The notes: a model not told the origin generated them from the sequence alone. Positions 28,562-39,259 are shown, numbered from the stretch's first letter. The stretch: DNA of 64,000 bases from Myxococcota bacterium (GCA_039208735.1 JBCCQY010000006.1:44475-108474), one strand, 5' to 3'. Numbers and translations: made by a program.

Positions 28562-28601
28562 TAGTATTGAGTCGATACTAGATAGTATTCACTCGATACT
28601 T
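28562..28601. promoter_or_regulatory. Tandem 19-bp palindromic operator
   Basis: TAGTATTGAGTCGATACTA (28562-28580) and TAGTATTCACTCGATACTT (28583-28601), 21 bp apart, just upstream of the redoxin-protoglobin operon. Confidence 0.7.
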
Positions 28602-28722
28602 GCCAAGAGGTTTTGAGTCGAGACGATCCTACGGCGTTCAATCCACAACGTTTCGCGACGCGACGGGGCTCGCCGCTCGGGTCGTCAGGGCCGATGGACG
28701 CCATCGACCATTCATGCCACGC

Positions 28723-30483
28723 TCACTCGCAGGTGAGGGCTTCCACATCGCAGACGAAGGACGCAGCAGCACCGAAGTCGGTAAACACGGCTTCCACGTC
28801 CTTGGTGGCGTACGTGTCGATCGCCACGTCTTCGGACACATTGTCGTCGGCCAACGCACCCCAGTTTGTGTTGATGCTCGTCAGCCCCGTGCCTTCGAAG
28901 AGGGACACGCCACCGCCCGCGGTGAGGGCCGTGTTCTGGATGAGGGTACAATCGGTCAACTCAACGTTGGCATCGAATAGATCGACCCCGCCACCGTATG
29001 CGGCTGCGGTGTTGCCGGTGAAGGTCACGTTGTTCACAAAGACCGTGCCCTGGTTCGTGGCGTTGACGCCGAGGCCTCCCCCGAAGTCCGCCTGATTGCC
29101 CGTGACCTCGGAGTTGGTGAACCGCATGGGCCCACTTTCAAAGTAGGCGCCACCGCCGAGGACCGCGACGTTGCCGTTCAGCACCACGTTGTCCAAGAGG
29201 GCCTCGTCCGTGGGGCCTCCCTGAATGTACACCCCTCCGCCCGCGAAGGTCGTCGTGTTCCCACTGAACTCGCCACCGGTCCAGGAGACTGGGAGCCCCG
29301 CCGTCTGGAACATCACCGCGCCGCCGTAGAAGAGTCCGTTGTTGACGGTGAACTGGGTCGCTGCATCGGCGACGGCCGAGGCGTTCGTCAGCCAGACCGC
29401 GCCTCCACCGAAGTTCGCCGAGTTGTTGGTGAACGAGGAGCCGACCAAGGTGAGGTCCGCGCCCTGGATGGCGAGGGCGCCGCCGAACCCGTACGCGCCA
29501 GACGCCTGGTTGCCGGTAAACGTCGAGTTCTCGATCTGCACCCCCCCGGGGAAGAGGGCGTAGATGGCACCGCCGGCGAACCCAACCGCCTGATTGTCGG
29601 TGAACGTACTGTCGAGAACCGAGATTTCGTACCCGAAGATGGCGCCGCCTTCGTTACCGAAGTTCAGGTCGAAGGTGCAGTCATCTACCGTGATGGAGCT
29701 GCCGGGGGCGCCGATCACTGCACTGGCGGTCGCGCCGGTGAACTCCAGCGAGCGCAGGGTCACGTCGCTCTTCTGCTCGACGACGAACACGCTGCTGAAA
29801 TTCGTAGCATCCAAGACAGTGTCGCCCACGACACCGGTGACCCCGGCAATCGTGAGGTCCTTATCGAGACGGACGATGGGCTCTCCGAACGTACCCGCGC
29901 ACACCTCGATGGTGTCACCGTCCACCGCACCGATCACGGCATCCAGAAGAGAGGGGTAGGGAGTGGTTCCAATCTGAGCGACCTCGGACGTGTTCGGGTC
30001 GCAGTCGCTGTCGAATCCATCACAGAGTTCAGGAGCGCCCGGGAAGACCGCCGGGTTGTTGTCGTCGCAGTCGTCTGGACCATCCTTGATGCCGTTCTTC
30101 GGAGCCTCGCACTGGATCACCGCCGAAGAGGCGAGTCCAAAGCCGTCGCCGTCGTTGTCCACCACCCAGGTCGGCGCGTCCACCGCGCCAACGTCGAGTT
30201 CGCCGTCACAGTTCTCGTCCTCACCGCCACAAACCTCATCGGCGCCCGGGTTCACGTAGGGGTCGCCGTCGTTGCAGTCGTCTCCACCGTCCGACTCCGC
30301 AATGAATCCGTCCATATCGGCGTCGAGCGGGACGTCGGTGTTAGTGTCGGCATCGGTGTCGGCGTCTGTATCGGCGTCCGCGTCCGCATCCGCATCGGCG
30401 TCGCCTTCCATGCCGGTATCTTCGGCCTTGTCCATCTCGTCACCTACGCATGCCACCGCGATTGCTAGCCACCAGAGTCGCAT
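28723..30483 (-). CDS. Lipoprotein with DADAD linker, 'putative metal-binding' (MopE-like) motifs and Pmp-type GGA/FxxN beta-helix repeats
   Basis: MRLWWLAIAVAC; DCNDGDPYVNPGADEVC; repeated FTxNxA..GGA(I/L/V). Confidence 0.85.
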   Translation of the reverse strand: MRLWWLAIAVACVGDEMDKAEDTGMEGDADADADADADTDADTDADTNTDVPLDADMDGFIAESDGGDDCNDGDPYVNPGADEVCGGEDENCDGELDVGAVDAPTWVVDNDGDGFGLASSAVIQCEAPKNGIKDGPDDCDDNNPAVFPGAPELCDGFDSDCDPNTSEVAQIGTTPYPSLLDAVIGAVDGDTIEVCAGTFGEPIVRLDKDLTIAGVTGVVGDTVLDATNFSSVFVVEQKSDVTLRSLEFTGATASAVIGAPGSSITVDDCTFDLNFGNEGGAIFGYEISVLDSTFTDNQAVGFAGGAIYALFPGGVQIENSTFTGNQASGAYGFGGALAIQGADLTLVGSSFTNNSANFGGGAVWLTNASAVADAATQFTVNNGLFYGGAVMFQTAGLPVSWTGGEFSGNTTTFAGGGVYIQGGPTDEALLDNVVLNGNVAVLGGGAYFESGPMRFTNSEVTGNQADFGGGLGVNATNQGTVFVNNVTFTGNTAAAYGGGVDLFDANVELTDCTLIQNTALTAGGGVSLFEGTGLTSINTNWGALADDNVSEDVAIDTYATKDVEAVFTDFGAAASFVCDVEALTCE

Positions 30484-30971
30484 GTTCACCTCCGGCGCTG
30501 ACTCTACACCTTGCTTGCAACGCTATCTGGGCCTTGGTTTGGACCAGTGACGCCCGCCTGGATTCTGTGTTTGGTGTAGATTGTGTTGGATTAATCTTTC
30601 ATATTGTCTGGCTTGGGTTGGCGGAATTTCACACCTGTCGTCGTTTTTATGGCAAACCCGGACGCATTGCCGTTGGTTTCACGGTAGACCGGCCGATGCA
30701 ATTCACGTTCGGCCTATTGTGGTGCTTAAGGCTTGCGAATAGCGGGCAGATTTTATGGAGCAAACGGGCCTTGGGCGAACCCGGTCTTATGCGGTCGGGT
30801 GTCGAGAGCGAAGGTTCTATTTGGGTCTTGGCATCGGATTCAGGGTTCGTGTCCGTTCAAGCGCCTGGATCCTACTGATCACCGCTGGCCTTCGGCGCTA
30901 CGCGCCTGCAGGCTCACCGGGCGCTTCGCTCCGGCAAGCTGGTCTTCGGGGGCTTGCAGCCCCGCCAGGAA

Positions 30972-31928
30972 TCACGGTTCGCTGATGTTCAACGTAAAGT
31001 TTCCGCGGTCCGCAGACCCGGTGCCATCAATGACGATGGAGAGCTGGTCTCCCTGTTGGACGTCTAGGGTGACGACCGAGGTATTGCCGTTCGGACCGTC
31101 ATCGTTGCAGACATCCGGCGTGCCGTCGCACTCGCCGCGGAACACCGACAGAACGGTATCGAACTCGGACCCCAACGTGTCCAATCGAAGGGTACCGGTG
31201 ACCGGCGACGTCCAGAGCAACACGACGTCTGGTGAGTTGGTCTGAAAGATGCTCCCTGAGCAGGTCGGTGCATAGGTGTTGTCGTAGCTAAGCGTGACGC
31301 CTTGGTAGGTCACGGGCAGTTCGGGGGGGATGGCGACATCGGTGCAGGTCAGGAGGCACGCCGACGCGTTCATGCAGGCGGACTCCTCGCAGTCGATGAG
31401 GCCGTCGCAGTTATTGTCCTTCCCGTCGTTGCACGTCTCCGAAGGGTCGTCGACGATGCCGTTGCAGTCATCGTCGATGCCGTTGTCGCAGTCCTCCACC
31501 TCAAAGGGAGACACGTCGCTGCGTGCATCGTCGCAGTCTGTGTTGTCGAGCGTGTAGCCCTCGCCTGGGTCGTCACAAGCGCGGAGGGTGTCATCAGGGT
31601 CGCCTGCGCCGTCGCCGTCGTTGTCGACGTAGTACGTCTGGGGTTCGAAGGTCTCGTCGACGCTGCCGTCGCAGTTGTTGTCGACGTCGTCGCACACCTC
31701 TACCGCTCCAGGGAATACGAGCCGGTCGTTGTCGTCGCAGTCGATGTTGTTGGTCGCTTGACCGCCTTGCACCGAGCAGCGATAGCCGATGATGCGAGCG
31801 CCGAACCCGTCGTTGTCGTTGTCCTCGAACACCAGCACCTGTTCGTCGGGCAAGCACTCGGGCTCTGGCTCGCCGGAGCAGGCCGCGAGACCCGGGGCCG
31901 CCAAAATCACGAAGCCCAATCGATGCAT
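30972..31928 (-). CDS. Lipoprotein with 'putative metal-binding' motifs and a C-terminal PPC-like domain
   Basis: MHRLGFVILAAPGLAAC; DCDD..VFPGAVEVCDDVDNNCDG; DTLGSEFDTVLSV...CNDD. Confidence 0.8.
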   Translation of the reverse strand: MHRLGFVILAAPGLAACSGEPEPECLPDEQVLVFEDNDNDGFGARIIGYRCSVQGGQATNNIDCDDNDRLVFPGAVEVCDDVDNNCDGSVDETFEPQTYYVDNDGDGAGDPDDTLRACDDPGEGYTLDNTDCDDARSDVSPFEVEDCDNGIDDDCNGIVDDPSETCNDGKDNNCDGLIDCEESACMNASACLLTCTDVAIPPELPVTYQGVTLSYDNTYAPTCSGSIFQTNSPDVVLLWTSPVTGTLRLDTLGSEFDTVLSVFRGECDGTPDVCNDDGPNGNTSVVTLDVQQGDQLSIVIDGTGSADRGNFTLNISEP

Positions 31929-32073
31929 GTTGTTCCTCCCCATGAGGTCGTGTCGTCCATCCGATGACCTTGGGACGAATGGTAGACCAGGTGCCTTTCG
32001 CGTGGATGACGCATATTCCAATGCTCGATTTAGAGGAGCGGGGTGCGAAAGAACTGTATCGGATCTGGGTGAC

Positions 32074-32916
32074 CTACTCGAGTTCTTCGGTCACCGGGAA
32101 CAGCTGGACCGAGAGCTGGAAGACGCGGTGAGGGCCGTCGGTGGTCTGGTCGTCGGACATCGTGGCGAGGCGTCGCACGAGGTTCTCGATACGGCGCTTG
32201 AACTCAGGAATCATCGCGGTCGGGACGGTCGTGGTCGACACGATGACCAATTGCTGGTCGTTCATGTCGCGATCGAGCGTGCGGAGGCGCTCGGGAACGA
32301 CCTCGCTGTGGTACTGGCGGACCGCCTGCCGGCTCGATTCCGAGAAGGCTTCAAACTTCATCTCAGAGGGTTCCAACCGGTCGCCACGGCGCTCGAGAAA
32401 TCCGAGGTCGAGCAGGGTATCGATCGCAGCCCTGGCCTGCTGGACACTGATTTTGGGCCGGAGGAGGTTGGCCACCCACTCAGGGTCGTCGCGAAAGCCC
32501 GACAGGCTTGCCAGTTCGCGAATGACAGGGACCCACCAGAACTCGAGGAACTGGGTGACGTCGGACTCCGGTACGTGATCGTCACGGCGGAACTTGCCGT
32601 ACCGCTCGACGGCAAAGATGCGCTCGAGCACCGCGTGTCGGCTCGCGAGGGTGGGCGCGGATTGGAGTTCGACGAGGAGCCCCAGGTAGTTTCGCTCCGC
32701 GGGTCCGAGTTCCATCGCCCGAGCGAAGGCGTCGAGTGTATCGGGCCGAGGGGTCCGAGAACCGTTGAGCACGTTGGAGACCGCGGCCTTGGAGCAATTC
32801 CCCGCGCGTGCGAAGGCGGCGTAGGAGTAGTCAGGATCCGATTGCTTCCGCTCTTGGATCCAGTCCTTTAGGAAGGCACGATGGTCGAGGTAGCTGAAGA
32901 TGCTGGGTACTGGCAT
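32074..32916 (-). CDS. TIGR02147/DUF4423-type HTH protein
   Basis: IFSYLDHRAFLKDW...YSYAAFARA...VLNGSR; WWVPVIREL; VFQLSVQLFP. Confidence 0.85.
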   Translation of the reverse strand: MPVPSIFSYLDHRAFLKDWIQERKQSDPDYSYAAFARAGNCSKAAVSNVLNGSRTPRPDTLDAFARAMELGPAERNYLGLLVELQSAPTLASRHAVLERIFAVERYGKFRRDDHVPESDVTQFLEFWWVPVIRELASLSGFRDDPEWVANLLRPKISVQQARAAIDTLLDLGFLERRGDRLEPSEMKFEAFSESSRQAVRQYHSEVVPERLRTLDRDMNDQQLVIVSTTTVPTAMIPEFKRRIENLVRRLATMSDDQTTDGPHRVFQLSVQLFPVTEELE

Positions 32917-33052
32917 CCGAGGTCCACCCCCGAGCCTCACGGAGGAGTCCCGCGAGCAAGATGGAGTGTATCGAGCCTCACCACATGACGCCCATGAGGG
33001 AACCTTTCGTCACGTGGTCCCTTCGACCGACGGTGCAGATTAATCTGCCATC

Positions 33053-35830
33053 GTGGATCGAGAAGATGGGCCTTCCGGGCGCCCTGCCAAGTCCGCTTCA
33101 GTGCTCCTGCCGGACAATACCTTCATTGGCCGGAAGCAAGAACTGTCTGCGGTAGAGCGGGTCTTTGAAACAGGCCGACGGCTCGTGACGATCACCGGGG
33201 TTGGGGGCGCAGGAAAGACCCGGCTCGCGTTGGAGCTGGCTCGCCGTGTCTCGTGGTCGGTGATCACGATCGATCTGTCCGCAGCTCGTCAGCCCCAAGA
33301 TCTCCTCATCGCCATGGCGGGAGCGCTGCGGGGGCGCTGTCCAGACGAAACGGCCGAGGGCATCACGGCGGGGCTTGCGAACCTCGAACCTTCGTTGTTC
33401 GTCATGGATGCGGTGGAAGGTGCACTTCCGGTGGCTGCGGCACTCATCGATCAATGGCACCGCGGGGCTCCTGCCGTGCGGTTCGTGCTCACATCACGGA
33501 TTCCGCTCGGCCTGGCATCCGAGCAGGTGGTGCAGCTGGGCTGCCTTGAACCCGAAGAGAGTTTCGCACTGCTCATCGATCGGGCCCAGTCCCTAAACTT
33601 CCGCTTTAATCCCGATGAAGATCGCCAGACCCTGTTTGAGGTCCTCGAGCGTCTCGAGGGGATTCCGCTCGCCATCGAACTCGCCGCGGCACGCACGCAA
33701 ATGCTTTCTCCCAAGCAGCTCTATGAGCGCTTGGATGAGCCGTTGGGGCTCTTGCGGAGCCATCGACACGCGGCATCACCGCGGCACGCAGCGATGGAGG
33801 CGACCCTCGAATGGTCGTGGGAGTTGCTCCGTCCCCCCGAGCGGGCGGTACTCAAGCGATTGTGGGTGTTCGACAAGAGTTTCAGCGTGGGGGCCGCCGA
33901 GGTCGTGGCGAGTGCGGCGCGCACGAATCCCGTATTGCCCGTGGTCGAAGCCCTGGTCCAGCACGGGCTGATTCGTCTTCTGGAATCTTCCACGGGGCGG
34001 CGCTTGCGGTTGCTTGGCGTGGTCCGAGAGTTCGTTGCGGGCCGGCTTAGCGACGCGGAGCGCGAGGAGGCCGAAGTCCTCCACACCGCCTACTTCATGT
34101 CGCTGATCGAGCCCTTCGTGGACGCCGAAGGGTTCATGAAGCAGCTCCTCGATGCGTGCGATCCGAGCTTGCCCCCAGAGGTCGACAACCTGGAAGCGAT
34201 CGTCATGCGACCGTCCGCGATCGCCGCAAATCGCATTCATGCGACATTGGCCCTGGTGGCGATCCTGTGCCGCCAAGGTCCGGCCAGTCGCGTTCAACGC
34301 ATCCTCGATCATGCGAACCCGTCGCCGTCGACCGGGCCATCGCTTGACGACATTCGACTCGATCTCGCCATGGTGACCGCCAAGCGATTCCTCGGAACCC
34401 GAGGACCCTCCCAAGCGCGTCTGGGTCAGGCGGTGCGGGTGGCTGACGACAATGGACGGCCCCGGCTCGCCGCCTTGATTTGCCACTATCAGGGCCGCGA
34501 AGCGCGCATTCAAGGGGACTTGGAGACCTGCGCGAGGTTGTACGACGAGGCGCTCGAACGGGCCGAGCGTTCCGGCAGTGACGTGGTCATTGCCCAGTGT
34601 GTGCAGGGACCCGCCATCATGCACTTTCGCACCGGTGCCATCGAACAGGCCGTGGTGGCAGCCCATCAGGTGATCACGTTTGCGGAGACCCACGGGTTTA
34701 GACGCTTGCGGTGTGACTGGCTTGTGAACCTGTCGGTCGCCTTCTACGATACGGGTCGCGTCGAGCAAGCCATCCACACCGCTCGGCAAGCGGCCAAGCT
34801 CGCATCGGAGACCGGGAGCTTGAACGTGGTGGCGATGAACTCGATTCATCTCGCCGAGTATTGCCTCGCGGCAGACCGCATCGCGGACGCCGAGACATGG
34901 CTCGAGAAGGCCGAGCAATTGTGGGAAGAGGCTTCGGTTCAGCCTGCGAATCCGATGGCGGGGCTCAATCGCATCCGTTGTTGGCTTGCCTTGGTGAAAG
35001 GCGAACTTGACGATGCGGAAGAGGCTACCGAACTGGATCGTTGGACTCGGTTCACGTCACACCCAGGGCTGGTTGAGGCCGTGGCCAACAGCTGCCGAGG
35101 CGTGCTGCAACTGCTGCGTGGGGAGCACACGATGGCGCTGCAGCATTTCGATCGGTCGATGGCGGCTCGCGAGCGGTGGTCGATCCAACAGGCCGACACC
35201 CAAGTCGACTTGGGGTTTCGTGCATTGGCCCGGGCTCTCGAGGGTGATGCACCAGGAGCGAATCGTGATCTGGTCGAAGCCTCGCGGCCGGGAGACCCCG
35301 GTCCGCGGGTGGACCAAGTCCTGACGTTGCTTGGGCAAGCGGTCCAAGTCGCCCTCGGCGAGCCAGAGGCGCGTACGGCGAGCCAAGCGATGGTCGCCTC
35401 CTTTCAGCCGTCGACGAGCGAGTGGATCGCCTATCCTGAAGTCGTCATCGCAGGCCGGCTACTCCAACAGCTTCTCGACGCGAACGGGCTCTACGGCCCT
35501 CTCACCCTCGTGGCGGGCCCGAATGTGGCGTGGGTCCAGGTCGGCACAGCGCCCATCGTGGATTTGAGTCGGCGCAGGGTGCCCCAGCGTTTGCTGCAAC
35601 GACTGATCGAAGCCCATCGACATTCTCCAGGCCAGTCCGTGACGACCGAACAATTGCTGCAGGCGGTGTGGCCGCAAGACAAAGCGAAGCGATCGTCACT
35701 CGAAAACCGGTTGTGGGCTGCCGTGTCGAAGCTTCGCAAGGCCGGGTTCGATCGGGTGATCGAAAGGGCTGAAGGCGGCTATCGGATTCCTCCTGACGTG
35801 ATCGTGTTGTTCAAGCAAGGCGCAGGGTAG
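33053..35830 (+). CDS. STAND ATPase - TPR - C-terminal winged-helix regulator
   Basis: FIGRKQEL, GVGGAGKT, LFVMDAVE, GIPLAIELAAAR, TPRs; LLQAVWP...NRLWAAVSKLRK...GGYRI wHTH. Confidence 0.88.
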   Translation: MDREDGPSGRPAKSASVLLPDNTFIGRKQELSAVERVFETGRRLVTITGVGGAGKTRLALELARRVSWSVITIDLSAARQPQDLLIAMAGALRGRCPDETAEGITAGLANLEPSLFVMDAVEGALPVAAALIDQWHRGAPAVRFVLTSRIPLGLASEQVVQLGCLEPEESFALLIDRAQSLNFRFNPDEDRQTLFEVLERLEGIPLAIELAAARTQMLSPKQLYERLDEPLGLLRSHRHAASPRHAAMEATLEWSWELLRPPERAVLKRLWVFDKSFSVGAAEVVASAARTNPVLPVVEALVQHGLIRLLESSTGRRLRLLGVVREFVAGRLSDAEREEAEVLHTAYFMSLIEPFVDAEGFMKQLLDACDPSLPPEVDNLEAIVMRPSAIAANRIHATLALVAILCRQGPASRVQRILDHANPSPSTGPSLDDIRLDLAMVTAKRFLGTRGPSQARLGQAVRVADDNGRPRLAALICHYQGREARIQGDLETCARLYDEALERAERSGSDVVIAQCVQGPAIMHFRTGAIEQAVVAAHQVITFAETHGFRRLRCDWLVNLSVAFYDTGRVEQAIHTARQAAKLASETGSLNVVAMNSIHLAEYCLAADRIADAETWLEKAEQLWEEASVQPANPMAGLNRIRCWLALVKGELDDAEEATELDRWTRFTSHPGLVEAVANSCRGVLQLLRGEHTMALQHFDRSMAARERWSIQQADTQVDLGFRALARALEGDAPGANRDLVEASRPGDPGPRVDQVLTLLGQAVQVALGEPEARTASQAMVASFQPSTSEWIAYPEVVIAGRLLQQLLDANGLYGPLTLVAGPNVAWVQVGTAPIVDLSRRRVPQRLLQRLIEAHRHSPGQSVTTEQLLQAVWPQDKAKRSSLENRLWAAVSKLRKAGFDRVIERAEGGYRIPPDVIVLFKQGAG

Positions 35831-36075
35831 CCGACCTTACCCACCTTACGCGGCCTTGCGTTTCGGGATTGCGTTTACAGTGGGATGACGCAACGCTCTC
35901 CGGAAATGGACAACCCGGTGGACACTGAAAACAATGGTTTTGCTCTGGTTTTAAAGGATGGGCTCGAGCTGAATTGTGCGCTGAGACTTATTGCGCCTTG
36001 CAAGTTGCATTGGCCCATGGATGGGCATGGTGGCTCCTCCTACGTTCGTTTCGGCTTCAAGAACGGAGGTATGTC

Positions 36076-36885
36076 ATGTCTCGCTTCGCATTCGTTACCG
36101 TCACTGCGCTGCTGATGGGTTGCGCAACCCAGCCCGATGCTACAGAATCCGATGAAGAATTGCTGGAAAGGGCTCGTACGCTTGGTCTATCGGATTGTGT
36201 AGACGCCTACCTGGCGTGTACGGGCTCCCCGAGGGACTGCATTTCAGTGCTATCGGACTGCATCGATGGAGCGTCGAGCGGATGCAGCGCAGGCTCGTCG
36301 GTGAATGGTGAGAGCCGTCGCATGGAGTGTACCGACGGCGACTGCACCTGTACCGAAAACGACATTGAGGTCGGGACCTGCCAAAGTGATTCCTGTGCGC
36401 TTCCCGGTGGATGCTGCGACGCCTTCTTTGGCGGCCAGGATCCGACGGACAGCGGTACGCCAAGCACCGATACCGGAACCGGCCCAGGAACGACGACCGA
36501 TAGCGGTGCCCCGCCTTCGACGGACGAATGTGGCGCGGGCAGCACGGTCAATGGCGTGAGCCAGCGCATGGACTGCATCGACGGGGACTGCACCTGCACC
36601 GAGGATGGCGTTGAGTTGGGCACCTGCCCCGATGATGAGTGCCTCATCCCTGGCGGATGCTGTGACGCGTTCTTCGGCGGAAGCCCGACCCCCAACCCGA
36701 CGCCGGGTTCGGGTTCGGTGGTGAACTGCAGCGGCGCGAGCGCAAACGGTAGCGGGGATTCGTGGCAAGTCGATTGCGGCAGTGGCACCTGCACGTGCTT
36801 CGCGAACGGTGTTGAGGTTGGTCAATGTGCGACCAACGCCGAAGCGTGCGCAATTCCCGGAAGCTGCTGCGACGCCTTTTTCTAG
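36076..36885 (+). CDS. Cys-rich lipoprotein with three 8-Cys repeats
   Basis: GGAGG RBS; MSRFAFVTVTALLMGC; three copies of C..G.xxNG....C..G.CTC.....VG.C....C..PG.CCDAFF. Confidence 0.85.
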   Translation: MSRFAFVTVTALLMGCATQPDATESDEELLERARTLGLSDCVDAYLACTGSPRDCISVLSDCIDGASSGCSAGSSVNGESRRMECTDGDCTCTENDIEVGTCQSDSCALPGGCCDAFFGGQDPTDSGTPSTDTGTGPGTTTDSGAPPSTDECGAGSTVNGVSQRMDCIDGDCTCTEDGVELGTCPDDECLIPGGCCDAFFGGSPTPNPTPGSGSVVNCSGASANGSGDSWQVDCGSGTCTCFANGVEVGQCATNAEACAIPGSCCDAFF

Positions 36886-36931
36886 GTCGTTCGGAGGCTC
36901 ATCGCATCCTCCGGATCCCACGTGGACGAGG

Positions 36932-37444
36932 CTACGGGGCATCCCCGAGTTCAAGTCGGAGATTCAGCGCAGCCGACGCCTGTGTCCCGCAGCGGTCCTC
37001 GACATCGACGGACAACATCACCGGATCACCGTCGAGTTCGACTGGGTTGGGATGGAACAGCTGGACGAGCTGCCCGACAAACTGAATGGTGTCGCCGTCC
37101 AAGTCAAACCCCCGCTGTTGGTCCAGGTAGATCGACAGTTCGCGGTCTGTGACGACGGAGATCGACACCATCGGGTCGTCGTAGCCCAAACCAGAGGCGG
37201 TCCCCTGCACCAACCCTTGGGCCCGGACGCTCACGAAGACGTGATGGCCGCCCTGAGGCCCCGGGTAAAAGCCGATGGGACCTTCCGCGGTCAGCGGCTC
37301 GAACGTGGCGGTGCCGGTGCCGACTTGCAGCGACGCCTCGCCGGCCACGTCGGCACAGTTGACGTCTGGGATGGGCTCGAGGGCTTCGGGGGCGGCATTG
37401 CAGGCCCCGGCGGCGACACAGAGCCACAGAGGGGAAGATCGCAT
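36932..37444 (-). CDS. Hypothetical lipoprotein
   Basis: MRSSPLWLCVAAGAC; GPQGGHHVFVSVR. Confidence 0.7.
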   Translation of the reverse strand: MRSSPLWLCVAAGACNAAPEALEPIPDVNCADVAGEASLQVGTGTATFEPLTAEGPIGFYPGPQGGHHVFVSVRAQGLVQGTASGLGYDDPMVSISVVTDRELSIYLDQQRGFDLDGDTIQFVGQLVQLFHPNPVELDGDPVMLSVDVEDRCGTQASAALNLRLELGDAP

Positions 37445-37488
37445 GGGTGCTCCGTTGGAGGCCAGATAACGATTTGCCCTCGTCGTGG

Positions 37489-39259
37489 TCAGGGCCGGGA
37501 GAACGTGAGCAAGGCCCGGATCTCCACGGGCGTATTCCCCAAGGTGGCCACTCGGGCGGGGATCGTGGACACGAGGCACTCCTTGAGTCGCGCCTGGCGT
37601 TCCCGTGGGGCGCGGAGCCAGTCCACATCAAAGCGATCCACCACACCTCCTGCTCCAAGGATCAAGTGCAAGCCTGCGATGCCCGAGGTCGAATCGGGTT
37701 GCGCGTCCTGGAGGCACATCCGCGGCGCGAGCGCGATGGCTTTCGCCACGTCGTCACGGGCCAACGGGCCACGGACCCATGGCGGGCTCACCGACACGTC
37801 CATCATGCGGTACGGATCGCTACGATAAAACCACGATCCTGGGTAGATCGGCCGCATCGTGACCCCAAGCGGAACGCCACATGCCGTGGGGCCGGTCGAT
37901 GACGGTACGAGCGGGGTGTGGCGGGTAGACAAGCGTAGCTTCAAGGCATACTTTCCCTGCCGCGCATTGTGCGACCCGTCGTCGTGCATCGAAAGGTAGT
38001 ACCTTAGGTTTCGCGCAGTGAGGATCCCGGGAGCGGGTTCGCCGCCCAAAGGGCGTTGCACCTCGATAGTCGAGGCGACGCCTCGTCCCACGAGGCGCAC
38101 TTCGGGTGGGTGCGAGCCGGGTCGGTAGAGGGCCTGTAGGTGGACCGGATAGCCGGCGAACAGCTCCGGAATCGTGCTGTGGGTCCAGACCTCGGTGTTC
38201 GGATTCGCGAAGGCCCAGTCCACCACGACCGGTCGGGCGATGCGCCGCACGAGTCTCCGGGTGCTTTCCGCGGCATCACCGGAGTGCACGACGACCTCCC
38301 CTCCGCTCACGGCGGCGAGGGCCCGTACCGCTCCGTGATCGAGGGTGGGGTCGGTCGCGAGGGCGACGAACGGAGCCCCGTCAAGACGCTCGCAGACGGT
38401 CTCCCAGTTGCGCAGCTCGCCATCGGTCAACAACACCACGAGGCGAAGGCGCCGGCTTGGCTTCCACGCCTCGAGGGTTCGGACGAAAGGAGACTGCTGA
38501 CAGACGTGATTTGGCCGGAGTCCCTTCAACCATTCCTTGGCTTGCGCAATCAGTTTCGGGGAGGCCGCACGGAACTTCGGCCGATCGGGACGGGGGTACC
38601 GCCCGACCTCGACCAGATCGAAGCGGTCTTTGGGGCCGAGGCCTGCGAGCAGTTCCTGGGCTGCAGCCACCGAGACGGCGAGTTCAGAGGCGTCCTGCGC
38701 GGTGTCGACGGCGATGAGGAGGTCTCGTGGATGGATGGGACGACCGGTGTCCCACGGCACTTCGAGGGTCACCGACACCCAGCCGGCGTTGTCGCTCTGG
38801 GGCGGGAGGACGCGGGTCCCCGCTCGGATCAAGCCATCCTCGGGGCCTCGCCAGGCGATGACGATCGGGCCGTCGCTTCGCTCCTCGACAAAGGACCGAA
38901 TCCCAAAGCCTTCGTCCACGGTGAGCCGAGCGCGGGTGGGGCGTTGCCCGTGGGGAACCTCACGGTGCGCGTCCCGGCCTCGACCGACAAGGGAGCCACG
39001 TGTTCGACGGTGAGTTCGACCTCGTGCCCCGGGTCTCGACTCCGCGGACCATGGCGCCGACCGGCAGCTGGGTGAGGAAGGTGGCGTCTACGGTTTGTGC
39101 GAATGGGTTGGCGAACCGATGGGTCGCGGTGACGAAGACCCAGCCTTCCTCGGTGGTGGCCTGGTAGGTGGTTTCCTGTAACGAAAACAGGTCTTTGTCC
39201 GGTGTGATGAGCACGGGCCCCGCGGCCAGAGCCGCGGCCAATAGGGGGTTCACGAACAC
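37489..39259 (-). pseudogene. VIT + degenerate VWA + AgmX/PglI-like C-terminal domain protein, broken by two frameshifts
   Basis: VIT start (THRFANP...ATFLTQLP) in ORF 38960-39259; PGHEVELTVEHVAPL...FP in a second frame; VWA (LLTDGE) and C-terminal domain in ORF 37489-38919. Adding one C (minus strand) in short runs at ~39031 and ~38940 restores a 590 aa frame. Confidence 0.6.

Noticed and set aside
30450..30878. 142 aa plus-strand ORF in a lower-GC gap
   Set aside because: It overlaps the start and likely promoter of the 30483 gene, with atypical composition and no motif.
33053..35830. STAND ATPase as an Avs-type antiphage system
   Set aside because: No nuclease, TIR or SIR2 effector and no defence neighbours; the C-terminal wHTH fits a transcriptional regulator.
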